Counted from the whole stretch's first letter, positions 1-13,830 are shown. The stretch: DNA of 62,859 nucleotides, filler included, from Syncephalis fuscata S228 (GCA_025786725.1; 4 parts of 4 records of this genome joined end to end with filler, not necessarily neighbours in it), one strand, 5' to 3'. Translations and numbers: made by a program. The notes: generated by a model from the sequence alone, not told the origin.

Positions 1-252
1 TTATAACAAATAACCTTTATTGGCATTATTATAACTTTGCTTTAAGAAGACGTGGAACACTAGCCGTTTGCTAAATTAAATCTATTTATTTATATAAGCT
101 ATATTTAAAGTTGTTTTATTATAATTAATAAAGGAAAAAGGCTAAGCAATTATATGTTTGTATATTAATATTAAGCATTTGGTTGGAGAAATTTCCTAAA
201 GGTTTATTTAGGAAGAGAGCTGTACAAATATAGTAAACACCTGAGCTTGAGT

Positions 253-1373
253 TCATCGCCGTTTGCGTGCAGTGGACTCTTCTTCTTCCCTGCGTCGTTT
301 GCGTTCCCGTTGAGCTAAATGCTTAAGTGTTTAAATAAAATTATATTAAAGATATTTAATTTTTTACCAATCAATTCCTCGAATCTACGTATCATCATTG
401 ACACGCGAATATCCTCTGATTTTGAAAATTTGCGTGGTGGAGGTCGTGGCATGATTCTTTTAGACTCTATTTGTTTTAATATGCATTTGCATATGGGCTT
501 TTTCTCGTATTCTTCTTTTGCTAGCAATAAAGTATGTTTGTTAGCTATTGTAACCAATAAAAGTGTTTTATTACCTATAAGTGGTGATCTTTTGCGTTGT
601 GACACGTTTTTGTGATCACAAGTGGGTAAAACGGCTTGCTGTGTGCCCTTCAGCCTGGCCACTGGCGCCTTGTTTCTATCATGAAGAGAGGTTAGCTTAG
701 TGTCAGTAATATTGCTTACCTGTTTGCCTGATCGGCGTGATACTGGTTGCGCTATCGATCGCGATGAACGCGATAAATCAAAAGAACAACTGTTGTTTTC
801 CTTGCTCTTCAAAGCTTGGTCAACTTCCTCGTTGTTTGCAACTTGGTCGTCTTCGTTGCTCTTCAAAGCTTGGTCAACTTCCTCGTTGTTTGCAACTTGG
901 CGTCTTCGTTGCTCTTCAAAGCTTGGTCAACTTCCTCGTTGTTTGAACTTGCTCGTCTTCGTTGCTCTTCAAAGCTTGGTCAACTTCCTCGTTGTTGCAA
1001 CTTGGTCGTCTTCGTTGCTCTTCAAAGCTTGGTCAACTTCCTCGTTGTCTTGCAACTTGGTCGTCTTCGTTGCTTCTTCAAAGCTTGGTCAACTTCCTCG
1101 TTGTTTGCAACTTGGTCGTCTTCGTTGCTCTTCAAAGCTTGGTCAACTTCCTCGTTGTCTTGCAACTTGGTCGTCTTCGTTGCTCTTCAAAGCTTGGTCA
1201 ACTTCCTCGTTGTTTGCAACTTGGTCGTCTTCGTTGCTCTTCAAAGCTTGGTCAACTTTCTTGTCATTTGCAACTTGGTCGTCTTCCTTGCTCTTCACAG
1301 TATGGTCCTTGGCAGTACAGCTTTTTGTACGGCCGGCAATAGAGCTGTTGGCGGAGTCGGAGATAGTAGCCAT
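253..1373 (-). CDS. Orphan protein with ~9 copies of an 18-aa acidic repeat (KSNEDDQVANNEEVDQAL) and a basic C-terminus (AQRERKRRREEEESTARKRR); frameshifted inside the repeat array
   Basis: ATG at 1373. ORFs 1143-1373 and 315-866 join across 1-nt indels in the array. Candidate GT-AG introns at 574-521 (GCTAAC branch point) and 367-315; TGA at 255-253. Confidence 0.55.
802..1297. repeat. 54-bp tandem repeat (coding minisatellite), ~9 copies
   Basis: Unit TTGCTCTTCAAAGCTTGGTCAACTTCCTCGTTGTTTGCAACTTGGTCGTCTTCG repeated head-to-tail; several units carry 1-nt indels. Confidence 0.95.
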
Positions 1374-1931
1374 ATTGATTTTAGATGTTCAAATAAACAA
1401 AAAGTGAGAAAATTCTTATGTGCAAGTGTGCAAACAAGTAGGCAGGAGAAGTGAACTAAACAGAAAAGAGAAAAGAAAATGTGACTTGTGTATGCGTTTA
1501 TATATTGGTGAACAATAAAAATTGGAAGCAGTAGCCGAAATTACCTACATATTTCATTTGCACAATTCAGCCAGTAAGTTAAGCCAATTTTCTAAGTAAG
1601 ACCACTAGTTTGCGACAATAAACGTCATTAAACCGGGCAAGATGCGATAGGCAATGCCAATACAAAGCAATTGGCTTTTTTATACTTTAGTGCTACATAA
1701 AGATATGATTTCAAGGGAAAAGCCGCGACTAATGACGCTCAATCTATTTGCTATTGAGTGTGCTTTGACGATGGGCTGATAAGGTCTCGTTTGAAACATT
1801 CGCTGAAGCCATTGTCTATTTCAAAGTGGCGTTGAGTCATCGTTACAATGAGAAAAACGCGCTATACAATGTTTGGCAGCCTGCTAGTAGGAATATCATT
1901 GTATTTATTGGCTTACAATTGTATCAATTGG

Positions 1932-2935
1932 TGGATTCAATTCATTGGATAATGCTGAGTGCTCGCTTCTGCGCTAAACGCACGCATGTGTGCTTAAATA
2001 GCATATTCCCCATCAAAACACGTAATTTTAATTACGTCTTTAATTTTACATTTATTCTTTAACTAATTAGCAGTTGCATTCCACTATTTCATATGTTCGC
2101 AAATTACAATGTTTAGTGGAATTTACAGCTTTATATGACACACTGTAACTGCTTGCTTGTGAAACCATACAATATACAACTGCTCGGCATACTTTAAGCT
2201 GTCTAGAAGACGTACTCAGCCGCTATAAACTCTTGAGACCTTCGGTGGTACAACGTCAAACAACCTAATCTATGCTGTAGACCACTTTGTTTATTGTATG
2301 GCGGTGCTTGTATAGACACTCAGGTGTGCGTATATACATATCACTATTCCTTGATTGCGGGTGATGTTAAGCAGTTGTCATAATGGCACTGTTGTTTTAG
2401 CAGCTAAAGCGTCTTAATTGGCACAACTTTGGTTTAAGGCGTTATACTGTTTGTGCCATCTAAGTTGTTATCTTCAATTGAGTAAAGTGACGATGTAATT
2501 GTGTTGGCTGTATAATATCGCAACAGTGTGCTATTGCACTGCTGTTATTGCATTCTAGATCTCTTGTTTGTGTGTAGATGGCCTAGACGTGGGTATGGCT
2601 CAGCGCTATAAGTTAGAGTTTAGGCCATCAACATATTAAATAAGCACTGTTTAGCATTGCATTTTATTATGTTTGTAATTACAGATACGATATTGGTATG
2701 TATAAACTTTACTAACTAGCAAGCCATTGCTATTTCACGTTCTGATATAGCTGTTGTTGTAGACTTGCTGCTTTTTGTCTTTATTTTCTATTTATATTGT
2801 ATACTTGACTGCAAGCTAATAAAATGACACGAACTCAAGTGAATAGTCAAAGAAAGTGCATGGATATTGATGATAAAGTATTATATATGTACATGTGTAT
2901 ATGACAAAGTAAACCAATTTGAAATTTACGAATAA
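1932..2935 (+). repeat. ~1-kb dispersed repeat, inverted homologue of 48297-49592
   Basis: Shared blocks such as CATTGGATAATGCTGAGTGCT and TGTGTGTAGATGGCCTAGACGTGGGTATGG recur reverse-complemented near 49570 and 48940. Confidence 0.9.
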
Positions 2936-3600
2936 TATAATTAATTATAAAAAGCGATTTTATAGTAAAATGTGAAATGTTATGAATGAATGAGCAAAAG
3001 AACAATGCATGAATAATGCTAGTAAAATTATAGTTTGCGTGGCTAAGTGAGCACAATGAATTGCAATCTATAACAGATACAGCAGGCAATAAACAAGCGG
3101 CTTTTATTAATCTTATGTAATCAGTAAACAATAGAATGATCTACAGTAGAATGAATATACAATAATAAAGGCCCGGATAATTGTGTTAAGTTATGGTGCA
3201 TACAACACAATGAATGGGTTGAGTGAAGTGTAATGGAACATATAAACAATAGAACGTGTCTAGTATAGCATACAATGATATATGATAGTGTAGGATATAA
3301 TGGAAATGATATAGGTGAAATGCATACTGGATAATAAATCTACAATGATGAGTATTTGATGATTGATGTCACTCACCACCCACCATCATGTTCAATAAAT
3401 TTAATAACATTCAATTTAATTATTGACCATCAAATCATGATGAATGAATAAAAATTATTTGATTATAATTATAGTCATTTTTAACTAAATAAATTGCTGA
3501 TATTATTGAGTAATAAAATACAATAAATATATTTGTGTCAAAATTAACTAATCATAGTATGTTAAAAGCTATATTTGTTAAATAATAAAAAATTATATTT
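2936..3600 (-). repeat. Repeat family A arm plus internal region
   Basis: Core GATGAGTATTTGATGATTGATGTCACTCACCACCCACCATCATGTTCAATA at ~3347-3397, nearly identical to the reverse complement of ~15455-15507. Confidence 0.85.
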
Positions 3601-3872
3601 ACAAAGTTGCGAGACAAATATTAATGGCAAATAGTAAGTGAAATATAAATACTGAAAGTCAATTTGTTTAATATATCGCTATATTATAGGACATATTAGT
3701 AATAAAATAGTGAGCACAATAAAATAAACGGCATTTGGCACCAAAAACTTGACATTATAAAGCATGTCATTAGTAAACAAGAAGCTGAGTGTAATATGAA
3801 TAATAGATAACAAGCAATAAAATAATCATAAAAATAATCTGGCCGCTTTAGCACTATTATTAGTTTTATTAT

Positions 3873-5414
3873 CTAAGCAATTGATGTGGGATCCCAACAA
3901 AAGCGACACATTGGCGTGGACTCTGTGGTGGCATTGATATCTGCCATCATCTAAAACATAAATTTAAATCATTCAAATCAACGATATTATTAGTAATTAA
4001 GTATACAGTTTCAGTAAATAGCGCCCCTTTTAATTGCCAAGATTATGGCATAAACTAGCATAATACACGAATGCCAAATTTAATGCATCTATGAATACTT
4101 ACTTCGTCAGTCAGTGGCGGATCAAAAAGAGCGATGTTCTCCGTGATGCGTTTTGGATTCGTACTTTTTGGTATGACGACAAACTGACGTTGAATAGCCC
4201 AACGCAGTAGTACTTGCGCGTCCGTGATCAAAGACTGGCCATTTTCACTGTTGTTGCTGTTGCTGCTGCTATTGCTGTTACGCTGGTTGAGTTGGGTCAC
4301 TGCTCGGGTCACTGCAGGCAACGGATAGGTGCCATTCACCAGTGCTCCTTCTCCAAGACTCGAGTAGGCTTCGAGCTGGATATTATGTTTACGACAGAAT
4401 GCCACCAATTCCCGATCCGGCCATAATGGATGCAGCTCTGTTTGAAGTACGCTCGGTTGAATTGAAATATTCGTATCATCTAGTAACTGTTTTAAATGAC
4501 GTATTGTGTAGTTGCTAACACCAATGGCACGTATCTTTCCCTCGCGATACAACTCTTCAAGTGCTCGGTAACTGCCCATCCGATTCTCGGCATTCCGTGG
4601 ATCGTCGGTTTTCAGTTTCTGTGTTCTAAGCATCATCCCCCAACAGTATCACCAATATACGCAATCAATGATACCACATTGTTTCAAAATACAATAAATA
4701 TGCTGTTGTTACAACAATGGTTCACATAAAATGCTACACGTGTATACACACCCTGGCCAGTGAATAAGATAAAGATCAATATACTCTACACCTAGTTTTT
4801 GGCGAGATGTTTCAAAAGCTAATAATTGCAAGAGTCGTGATCACAACAGTAATGACATTAATACAGCTGTGCGTATTAAATAAATCCAGCTAAGAAAAAC
4901 TTTAATTAACCGATGCTGTAACCGACCCACCTTTAAGACATGCCTCGTAGCCTTGGTCGCGTGGAGCTATTCGTTATTAGCATAAACAAGCAAGCACACA
5001 AATGCTTAATATTTGTATCAAAGCTTACCAAGTTTTGTAGTAATAAAAATATCACTTCGTTTCAAACCATTAAATGAGTCTGCATCTTCAAATACACGCT
5101 GTAGGACACGTCCGATCGCCTCTTCATTTCGATAGACAGATGCAGTATCTATAAATACGCCATTTACCATGTATTAGCTATTAACAATTCTATATCGCCT
5201 CTACTCAGTGCTAGCCTACCAATCATACGATAACCGGCCTGAAAAGCAGCCCGAATGCACTGCTCTAGTTCAGGTTCATCTCGTATTCGATAAGTACCCA
5301 CTATATAGCCATAGTTTGTTAGTACTGTACCAATTTCTATTTTACGTTCCACTTGCATCCAATCTTCGGCATTTTTACGCCATTATTAAGAGTGTAGTAC
5401 TGTGAATCAGCCAT
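3873..5414 (-). CDS. Aldo-keto reductase (AKR family), 7 exons
   Basis: Spliced product [24 protein letters not shown]...DTASVYRNE...IFITTKL...[10 protein letters not shown]...IGVSNY...AYSSLG...IPKS...RITEN...CWDPTSIA*; catalytic D/Y/K/H tetrad present. Confidence 0.95.
5301..5356 (-). other. Non-canonical GC-AG intron (AKR intron 1)
   Basis: Donor GCAAGT, TACTAAC branch point, TAG acceptor; removal restores MPKIG-L-GTYR. Confidence 0.85.
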
Positions 5415-5562
5415 AGCTTCTGTTATAAATATTGGTGAGCAAATAGAACGCTTGTTATTGTAAAAGAAAAAGGCTGTTAAACAATAAACAGAATTCCATT
5501 GTTATTCTTTTGTCTAGTTTATTGTGTATACTTTAATTGTATCTCTACTACTACTCGCTATT
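5415..5562. promoter_or_regulatory. 148-bp divergent (likely bidirectional) promoter region between AKR and WDR59
   Basis: Head-to-head ATGs at 5414 (-) and 5563 (+); TATAAA near 5425. Confidence 0.55.
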
Positions 5563-8500
5563 ATGCCGGACCGAATTGAAACGGCAGACAGTGGCAATAA
5601 TAGCCCAGCCATTAATACCAATGATATTGAGGACGAGCTAAGCGATTACATGCATGATGCCGATATATTCAGGCAATCTCTGAGTATACCAGTAAGTCGC
5701 TACTGTTGTAGTATGTCTATGGCTCCTTCGTCGCGCGACGTTGCCTTGGCCTCGTAAGTATAGGTGTGGACGTATTTTGCAGGGAAAGGCGCTTATATAC
5801 TGTATACAAGACGTTATGGCCTTCATATTGTCGACCTGACCACACCACTAGAACCGGCCTGTTATCTACGCTACGATACGTGCTGGGACCCGGTTGAGGT
5901 GCGTTGGAGTCCGCATCGTGCACGGGAGAACTGGGTTGCCACAACGGTAAGTGTAGTAGTAAACCATTGAATATTAAGTTATCTGGCTATGATGTATAAC
6001 ATATACGATATAATTATATTAATAATCTTGTTATTAATTATTATATAGTCTAATCAGCGTGTACTTATCTGGAATGTACAAGCATCACCAAATAATCCAG
6101 TTGAACTCATTTTACCTGGTCATAAACGTGCTATTTCTGATCTTCACTGGTCACCTTACCAATCAAATATGATTGCTACTGGTGCACTTGACACCTATAT
6201 TCATTTATGGGACTTGAGAACACCAAATCGACCGGTTATTTCATTATGTGCCTGGACTGGTAAGTCATTAATACATTTATATATAATAAACTAATATCAA
6301 TAATAGCGGGTGCGGCACGAGTTCAATATAATCGTAAAAACGAATTTGTTATTGCTTCAGCGCATGCACATACGGTTAAAATATGGGACACGCGAGTAAG
6401 TAGCGTATAATATGTATACATATATGTAAATATTTAATACTGATTTGTGATATATTGTAGAAAGGCACAGCTCCTATTATAGAAATACATGCCCATGACG
6501 GCAAAGTAAACTATGTTGACTGGAGTATTGAAGAAGAAAATGAATTATTGACATGTGGTCAAGATCGTAAATTAAAGGTTAATAATTAGCTAAGCTATTT
6601 ATAATTAATTACTTATTTAATATTTATAAACAGTTTTGGAATATACAACAAGACTCAAAAGAATGTATTGGCACCATTATGACCAATGCACCAGTCCGTC
6701 TTGCTAGATATGCGGTTAGTAGAACTACTAATAAATTATTAATGATACTAAAACATTAATTTCCTATATTTATAATAGCCATTTGGACCAGCTGTTGTAT
6801 CGGCAGCACAACGATTAGATCCTACACTTCGATTATGGGCGCAAGATGCAGATGACCAGCAGCAGCAACAACAACAACAACAACCTATTCATACATTTGC
6901 AGGATCATCAGAACCGTTTCGTAAATTTGGATGGAGAATACGAAATGATTTGGGTAAAAATGGTTTACACAATTAATTCATACTAACTATTATTATTGTT
7001 ATTATAGATGATGAATTCCAATTAGTTGCTTTATCACTTGACGGTTATTTACGACTATATCCTGTAGATAAAAAGACCACAGCAGTACGTATTTTCAACA
7101 TAATATACTTATACTCATTACTATTACTATTATTTATCTTTTGTATAGATGTGTGGTAAACAAGGCAAATCAGCTATGGCCAAACAACGACCAACTCATA
7201 GCTTAAAACAACTAACTTCAGCCGTATTAAGTTGTCGTAGAACAATGCAGATACCACATATTCCATTAGATGATGGTACAACACCACCTTGTTATACAGC
7301 ATCTTCTATACATCCCATGTCTACAGGTACCAGTACACCAGGTAGCAGTACACCCACTACAGGTCTATTTCCATCACAAGCCTTACTCGGAACACCCTAT
7401 ACTCGATCCATATGGGACCGGACATGTCACCATCAAATCGTAATAGCAGTTACAATATGAATTTTAGTTATGCTACGCCACCCGATTATAAGATTCAAAA
7501 TGATTCAGCGGCAGTGTTTAGATCCTCGCCTCAGCATCCCACACTAATACCTTCACCGGACCCGTTAATTAACAATCCATTATTACCACGACATGTATGC
7601 CAACACCGACTACATCATCAAGCTTAGGTAATGATGCATCAGAATGGTCATTGCCAGAAGAATTTGCGCTTACTAAACGGAAATATCCACAAGTTCAGTT
7701 TGAGAAGGTATTTATTAATGCAGCACCATTACTAGAAATGTTACATTATATGTTTATTAACAATTATTATACTATTTAGTTTGATCCATTAACCCGATCG
7801 TGTAGTCTATCCTTGGACGGCCCATGGTCCAACACTGATCTAGCCTTTGTACATGTTTCAATCGTCTTTCCACATGAGTATCCAAGTGCTCCACCCGAGA
7901 TATCTGTTCATAGAAGCGCGGCAATTCCTATGGCTTATCGAAGCCATATGATTAAAGGTTTAACGCAGATTGTTTCACTACATGCTGAACAACGACAGCC
8001 CTGTCTCGATAGTATTATTTCATTTCTGCTAGGTGGCCATGTTCGCATGAAGAAAGGTCAAGATGACGGCAGTGGTAAGGAAACAGCTGTTGATGGCAGT
8101 TTATTACTATTGGAGACACATGGACCACGCAGTCGGCTATTATCAGGACAAGATCGATCTCGTGTACCGTATCCACGTCTATGTGGTGCAGTCTTTGGTA
8201 TTGATGGTAAATAATATGAGTGTATCAGCAACAATAGTGATTTGTATTAATCGTATTAAATACAATAGGTCGATTGATTGTATTCTTTTCTAAAAAGACG
8301 CCACTTACTACGGCAAATAGTATGCGTCGGCCATCAAAAATGGATGCATTTCTTGCCTTTCCTCGACGAGTTAATAGATCAGAGACGAGTTTACAGGATA
8401 TGTTGAATGCCATTGGCCTGCCACCTGGATGGCCTCGTTCCTATGATCGATATGAACATGGATTAAAATCTGCTCGACGTGATTCATCTCGTCTTCGTGG

Positions 8501-10484
8501 CATGGCCTCCTATGATGAAGATACAGATGATGTCATGTCTGGTGGCGCATCTCGATCTGATAAAATGGTAAATAGACTCATATCAAGTGTACTATACTAG
8601 CCAAATGCTTATTAGTGACTAATAGAGCCATGTCAATGATCATGATCTAATGTCGCCTAGTCGTAAGGATACTCATTATTCAGTGGGTTTATTTAATTTC
8701 TCAAATCTATTACCAGTCAGTCGTTTACTAGCTTCTAAATACAAGTAAGTAGCTCTAAAGGGTCGTTATTGCTACTAATAGAGCAATTGTAGATTGTCGG
8801 GCGATCATCCAGCTGAAGTGGCATTGGAGAATGCTGAAATGGCCCGGTCACTTGGTCATCATGATCTATCACATATGTGGACACTGGCCTCATTAATACT
8901 TGAAGACGCACTAAAGACGAATCAGTCTAGATCACCACGACGTCTTCGATGGGGATTACATCCATTTGGTAGAAGACTAGTACAGAATTGTAAGTATTAT
9001 TAGCATTAAGTTATCTAATTAATTATATTAATGGATTTATATATAGACTTGATTATCTGGCTCGTCTAGGGGATGTACAAACACTGGCTATGTTTTGCTG
9101 TGTATTTGCCGAACCGTACCCGCCAATTCCTGCCATCAATTTATTAAATGAGCGTCAAGCGGTAAGTCTGATGTATAAATATATTAACATTAATTAAATA
9201 GTTTATTTGTTGTATTCTATGGATAGCCCATGCTACCATTGGGATCGAGTGCAGGTATTGGTGGACATGGTGGTGTTAGTAGTACGGGTGGCGTTCATGG
9301 TTCAGGTAGCGGCAATAGAGACTATTTTACTATGCCTACAACAAAATCCCGTTCTTTTCATTCATTTATGCTGCCACCTGCACCATCCCTACCCGCAGAG
9401 CCTTTAAAAACATCTGCACTATCGTATCTACCAGGATTTGGTCTTCGATTGTCGCAAGTATCGACACGTGATACAGATACACTGCACGGTTCAGATGTAT
9501 CGCAAAGTGATGCGGCTACTGCAATAGCAGCAACAACCACTACTATTACCACAACGCGTTCACCTCATAGTAATAGTCATACGGCGTCATCAATATCGGG
9601 ATTTGCTCCAAGTAATTTACATGGTCCATTAGCAATACCAACAACCATCACAACAACGGGAATGGCTAGATCCTATGCTTCAGAACACACGGCTATTATA
9701 TCGCCTTCATTAGTGGCTGCTGTCACTTCAGCGGTGCCTATTCATCCGAACGAGTCATGGCTCAACATGCCACATGCTCTAAACTCGGTCAAAAGCGATA
9801 GTGGATTCAAAGTAATGATGCTTCATAACGAGCGTGACTTTGACAGTGAAACAAGGTAAGTTTATAAGAAAAATACTATAGCGTGTAATAACAGCATTTG
9901 TTATTATGATTACTATTAGACCACGGCATGTTTCCTTGCTAGATCCACTCCACTGGGGTCAATATGATTGTTATCGACTCTATTATGCTGAATTACTTTT
10001 CAGATGGGGTTTACTTAAACAAAGATCTGAAATATTAAGTTTGCTAGCTCTAATGCTATTAAACGTGTACATGCTACTGATTTTGATGAACGACGCCAAT
10101 TAAGTAAGTGATTTGCGTTTATATAAATTAAATGAACTGTTATTTATCCATATGATATTTGGTAGACTTTGGCGGCTATTGTCCTGAATGTCGTACGCCA
10201 TTATTATCCCAAAGCTTTTGCGAGCAGTGTAAACGCTATAGAAAAGGTATTGAATGTGCCCTGTGTCATATCACTGTACGAGGTAAGCTACTATTTATAA
10301 ATTATAATAGCGGAACAGAACGAGTATAATGATTAATGATAATATAGGACTTGTAAATGTTTGTCTAGTTTGTCAGCATGGTGGTCATCAGCATCATATA
10401 CGAGAATGGTTTAAACAAGGCAATGCAGACTGTCCCACTGGTTGTGGCTGTATTTGTGTATTAGCCTGTGGAGAGTTTAAATAG
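5563..10484 (+). CDS. WDR59: GATOR2/SEACAT subunit WDR59 (Sea3/Mtc5): WD40 repeats, RWD domain, C-terminal RING-type zinc finger
   Basis: RDVALAS, WSPH, GHKRAISDLHWSP, FPHEYPS (RWD), PYPRLCGAVFG, WGLHPFGRRLV, GDVQTLAM, YAELLFRWGL, CQHGGH...CPTGCGC; many GT-AG introns; apparent 1-nt indels near 7410, 7595 and 10040. Confidence 0.93.
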
Positions 10485-11185
10485 ATATAATAATAAATAA
10501 TAAATATAGTACCAAATAATAATACTACGATCATGATATTATAATCATATTGTTATAATAATGTGATTAAGAAATCCACCATGTAATTAAACAATAATAA
10601 ATGCGCTGGATAGTAGCGCCAATTACGGATAACAAACGACTAACGCGAGGATATAGCCAGCAAATGCTTGTTAGTTATAAACAGACAGGTGGCTGCATAG
10701 ACTGGCACATTAATTTAATGCTGAAATATACAAAGTATTGAAAGTCTAATATTAGCTATATTTGCTATACAATGATAGTGTTATTCTGTATCAATAAAGT
10801 GAATTACCAGTCTCTAGCTCCATCTTATTGCTAGGTAATACCATACAGAGTATTGAGTTTATTATAGTTCAACTGTGGTAATTAATGGCAATTGTACATT
10901 AGATTTACTATCAATAACTGTATCAACTAACCAATGAGTTGTATTCTGTGTTAAAATAAGTGCTAATAAGCATTAAAAGATAAAGTTATAGAATACCATT
11001 ACAATAAGATGTTACTTGATCATATAGTTTATAGCTTATAAAATTATAAATGCAATAAAATCATTATTTATTTGTGATGAACACCATTTACAATTATTTT
11101 GACTCGCTTGCTTTTACTTTTAATTAGCAATGATCATCATACAAAGTTTTGTTTATTCAATATAGCCAAAACCATTGTAAAACAC

Positions 11186-13163
11186 CTTAACATTGATGTA
11201 CAATAGCCATGAACATTGTAAAATGGCATTATTTGTTATTTTTATTACACATAACCGACATACAATTTAATATTCTTTATTTATAATAACTATACTCATA
11301 TTTAAAAGTGATTATAATGTAGGTGGTAAAAATGCAATGTAATGTGAGTTAAGCAATAATAATGGTAATAATTTAATTAATAAACCAGCCATAAGTTTAT
11401 GTATGACTTTACGTATAATCAAGCAAATTACTCGATATTTTGTACAAGTATTTATATGGCATATAGATAGCTGCTGGCAAAGTATACCATTATTGCATTG
11501 TGTGATGATGTAGTAATTGCAATAATACACTAATAAATGTACAAAAATGTCAGTTTTTAGGCAATCATGGCTTATATACTTAATATACAGCAAAACAATT
11601 GCCGGATTCGAGTTTTCCATGCTTGAATATACCGTTTGATATAGTTTATAGAAAAATAAATTTGCAAAAGTTGGTCAAAAATGCGATTTACGTTATTTTA
11701 ATTTATTTAGTAAAGCGTTGATGCTATGATGTATGACTTTACGTATAATAAAGCAAATTACTCTATATTTTGTACAAGTATGCACATAGTACATATGTAA
11801 CTACAGGCAAAGTATACCATTATTGCATTGTGTGATGATGTAGTAATTGCAATAGTATACTAATAAATGTACAAAAATGTCAGTTTTTAGGCAATCATGG
11901 CTTATATAATTAAAATACAGCAAAACGATAGCCAGATTCGAGTTTTCCATGCTTGAATGTACCATTTGTATAGTTTATAAACAATAAATTTTGCAAAAAA
12001 AGTTGGTCAAAAATGCAATTTACGTATATAGTTGTTGACAAGAAGTAAATTCCATAATTTTAGAAATTTTAATACTGAAAAAGTATTCAATATAAAGTAA
12101 ACACAAAGCACTTTACAACGTCAAAACAAAGATAGCAGCGAGGTAGTATGTATAAATATCTACATACAGTGACAATTATATGTTATTAATATACATATAA
12201 ATTAGATGTTTGTCAACTATTTACGTAAATTGCATTTTTGACCAACTTTTTTTAAAATTTTATTGTTTTATAAACTATACCAAATGGTACATTCAAGCAT
12301 GGAAAACTCGAATCGGCAATTGTTTTGCTGTATTTTAATTATAAAGCCATGATTGCCTAAAAACTGCATTTTTTGTACATTATTAGTAGTTACTATTGCA
12401 ATTACTACATCATCACACAATGCAATAATGTATACTTTGCCTGTAGTTACATATGTACTATGTGCATACTTGTACAAAATATAGAGTAATTTGCTTTAAT
12501 ACGTAAAGTCATACATCATAGCATCAACGCTTTACTAAATAAATTAAAATAACGTAAATCGCATTTTGACCAACTTTTTTGCAAAATTTATTTTCTATAA
12601 ACTATATCAAACGGTATATTCAAGCATGGAAAACTCGAATCCGGCAATTGTTTTGCTGTATATTAAGTATATAAGCCATGATTGCCTAAAAACTGACATT
12701 TTGTACATTTATTAGTGTATTATTGCAATTACTACATCACCACACAATGCAATAATGGTATACTTTGCCAGCAGCTATCTATACCATATAAATGCTTGCA
12801 CAAAATATCAAGTAATTTGCTTTATTATACGTAAAGTCATACATAAACTTATGGCTGGTTTATTAATTAAATCATTCCTATTATTATTACTTAGACACCA
12901 TCGAGTTTTACCACCTGACTACACTATAATCACTTTTAAATACTATTGCATACTGCAGAATATCAATACAACAAGTTTACATTTAAATTTGTAAACCAGC
13001 ATTGTGTCGATATTCAAGATACTATAAATAAATAAAACATTGTTACTGCAGGCACAACTATCAGAAATGGATATATTACATTTCTACAATAGATGTATGT
13101 ATTAAAAATAACAAATAATCTATTTTTACAATGCTTATGGCTATTTGAATTAATGGTAAAGCT
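11186..13163. mobile_element. Foldback-type non-autonomous element (~2 kb): long inverted arms around a ~170-bp spacer, each arm containing a 330-bp tandem duplication
   Basis: 11300-12040 is nearly the reverse complement of 12209-12940; weaker symmetry extends to 11186/13163; ATGTATGACTTTACGTATAAT occurs at 11399 and 11729; no ORF. Confidence 0.85.
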
Positions 13164-13599
13164 ACACGCATTACAGCTTCAACATTGCTAATTGTACACT
13201 TTCCATTGTATATTACTTCATTTTATATAACTGTGTTTTGTAGTACCTACACGTTATTTAGAGCTGCTGTTTGATTGTATCTGGTTTATTACTGATGAGT
13301 TTTAATTTATTTTGTATATTAAGATATACAGACTGATAATGCAAACAATATGAGCTTGTAAGTTCATTGCTTTGTTACAGGTATTTATTAGGTTGTTGCC
13401 TATAGCTAATTATTGCTAGATTATTTAACACCAAATAGCTTGATATGGAACTGAAAACAGCTAACAATAAAGGAAACATAAGTATCAGCATTGCAATGTT
13501 GTGCGAATGTGATGGTATAAAGGTATTTACAATATATACACTCATACAAAATAAGAATAACAATGTTTACAACAATAGATATTTCGATGGCTGCTTTTA

Positions 13600-13830
13600 T
13601 CCATCATACAATTCCATGTTTAATAGAACTAATATTAGTTTAAATATGTGAATACTGTTAAATCTAGTCGTTTGGCTTTCAAATCACAATATAATTAAAT
13701 GATTTGATTATCTAACAATAGAATAAATAAATATTAACTAAATAATTGATATTATTTGCAATGTACTATAGCGATATTAGAAAAATACAATAACAATTAT
13801 AAATGTATTTAAATAAATAAAATATAAATT
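13600..13830 (-). repeat. Degenerate family A arm
   Basis: CATGTTTAATAGA...TTAGTTTAAATATGTGAATA matches ~27040-27080. Confidence 0.55.

Noticed and set aside
802-1297. CRISPR-like array
   Set aside because: Units are contiguous with no unique spacers; the 54-bp period encodes an 18-aa repeat in a eukaryotic gene.
700-1454. Long plus-strand ORFs over the tandem repeat
   Set aside because: Antisense shadows of the repeat array with non-ATG starts.
11186-13163. Palindrome as a whole-genome-amplification chimera
   Set aside because: Outer arms are diverged and a second, diverged copy with a homologous spacer exists at 62 kb; long reads would settle it.
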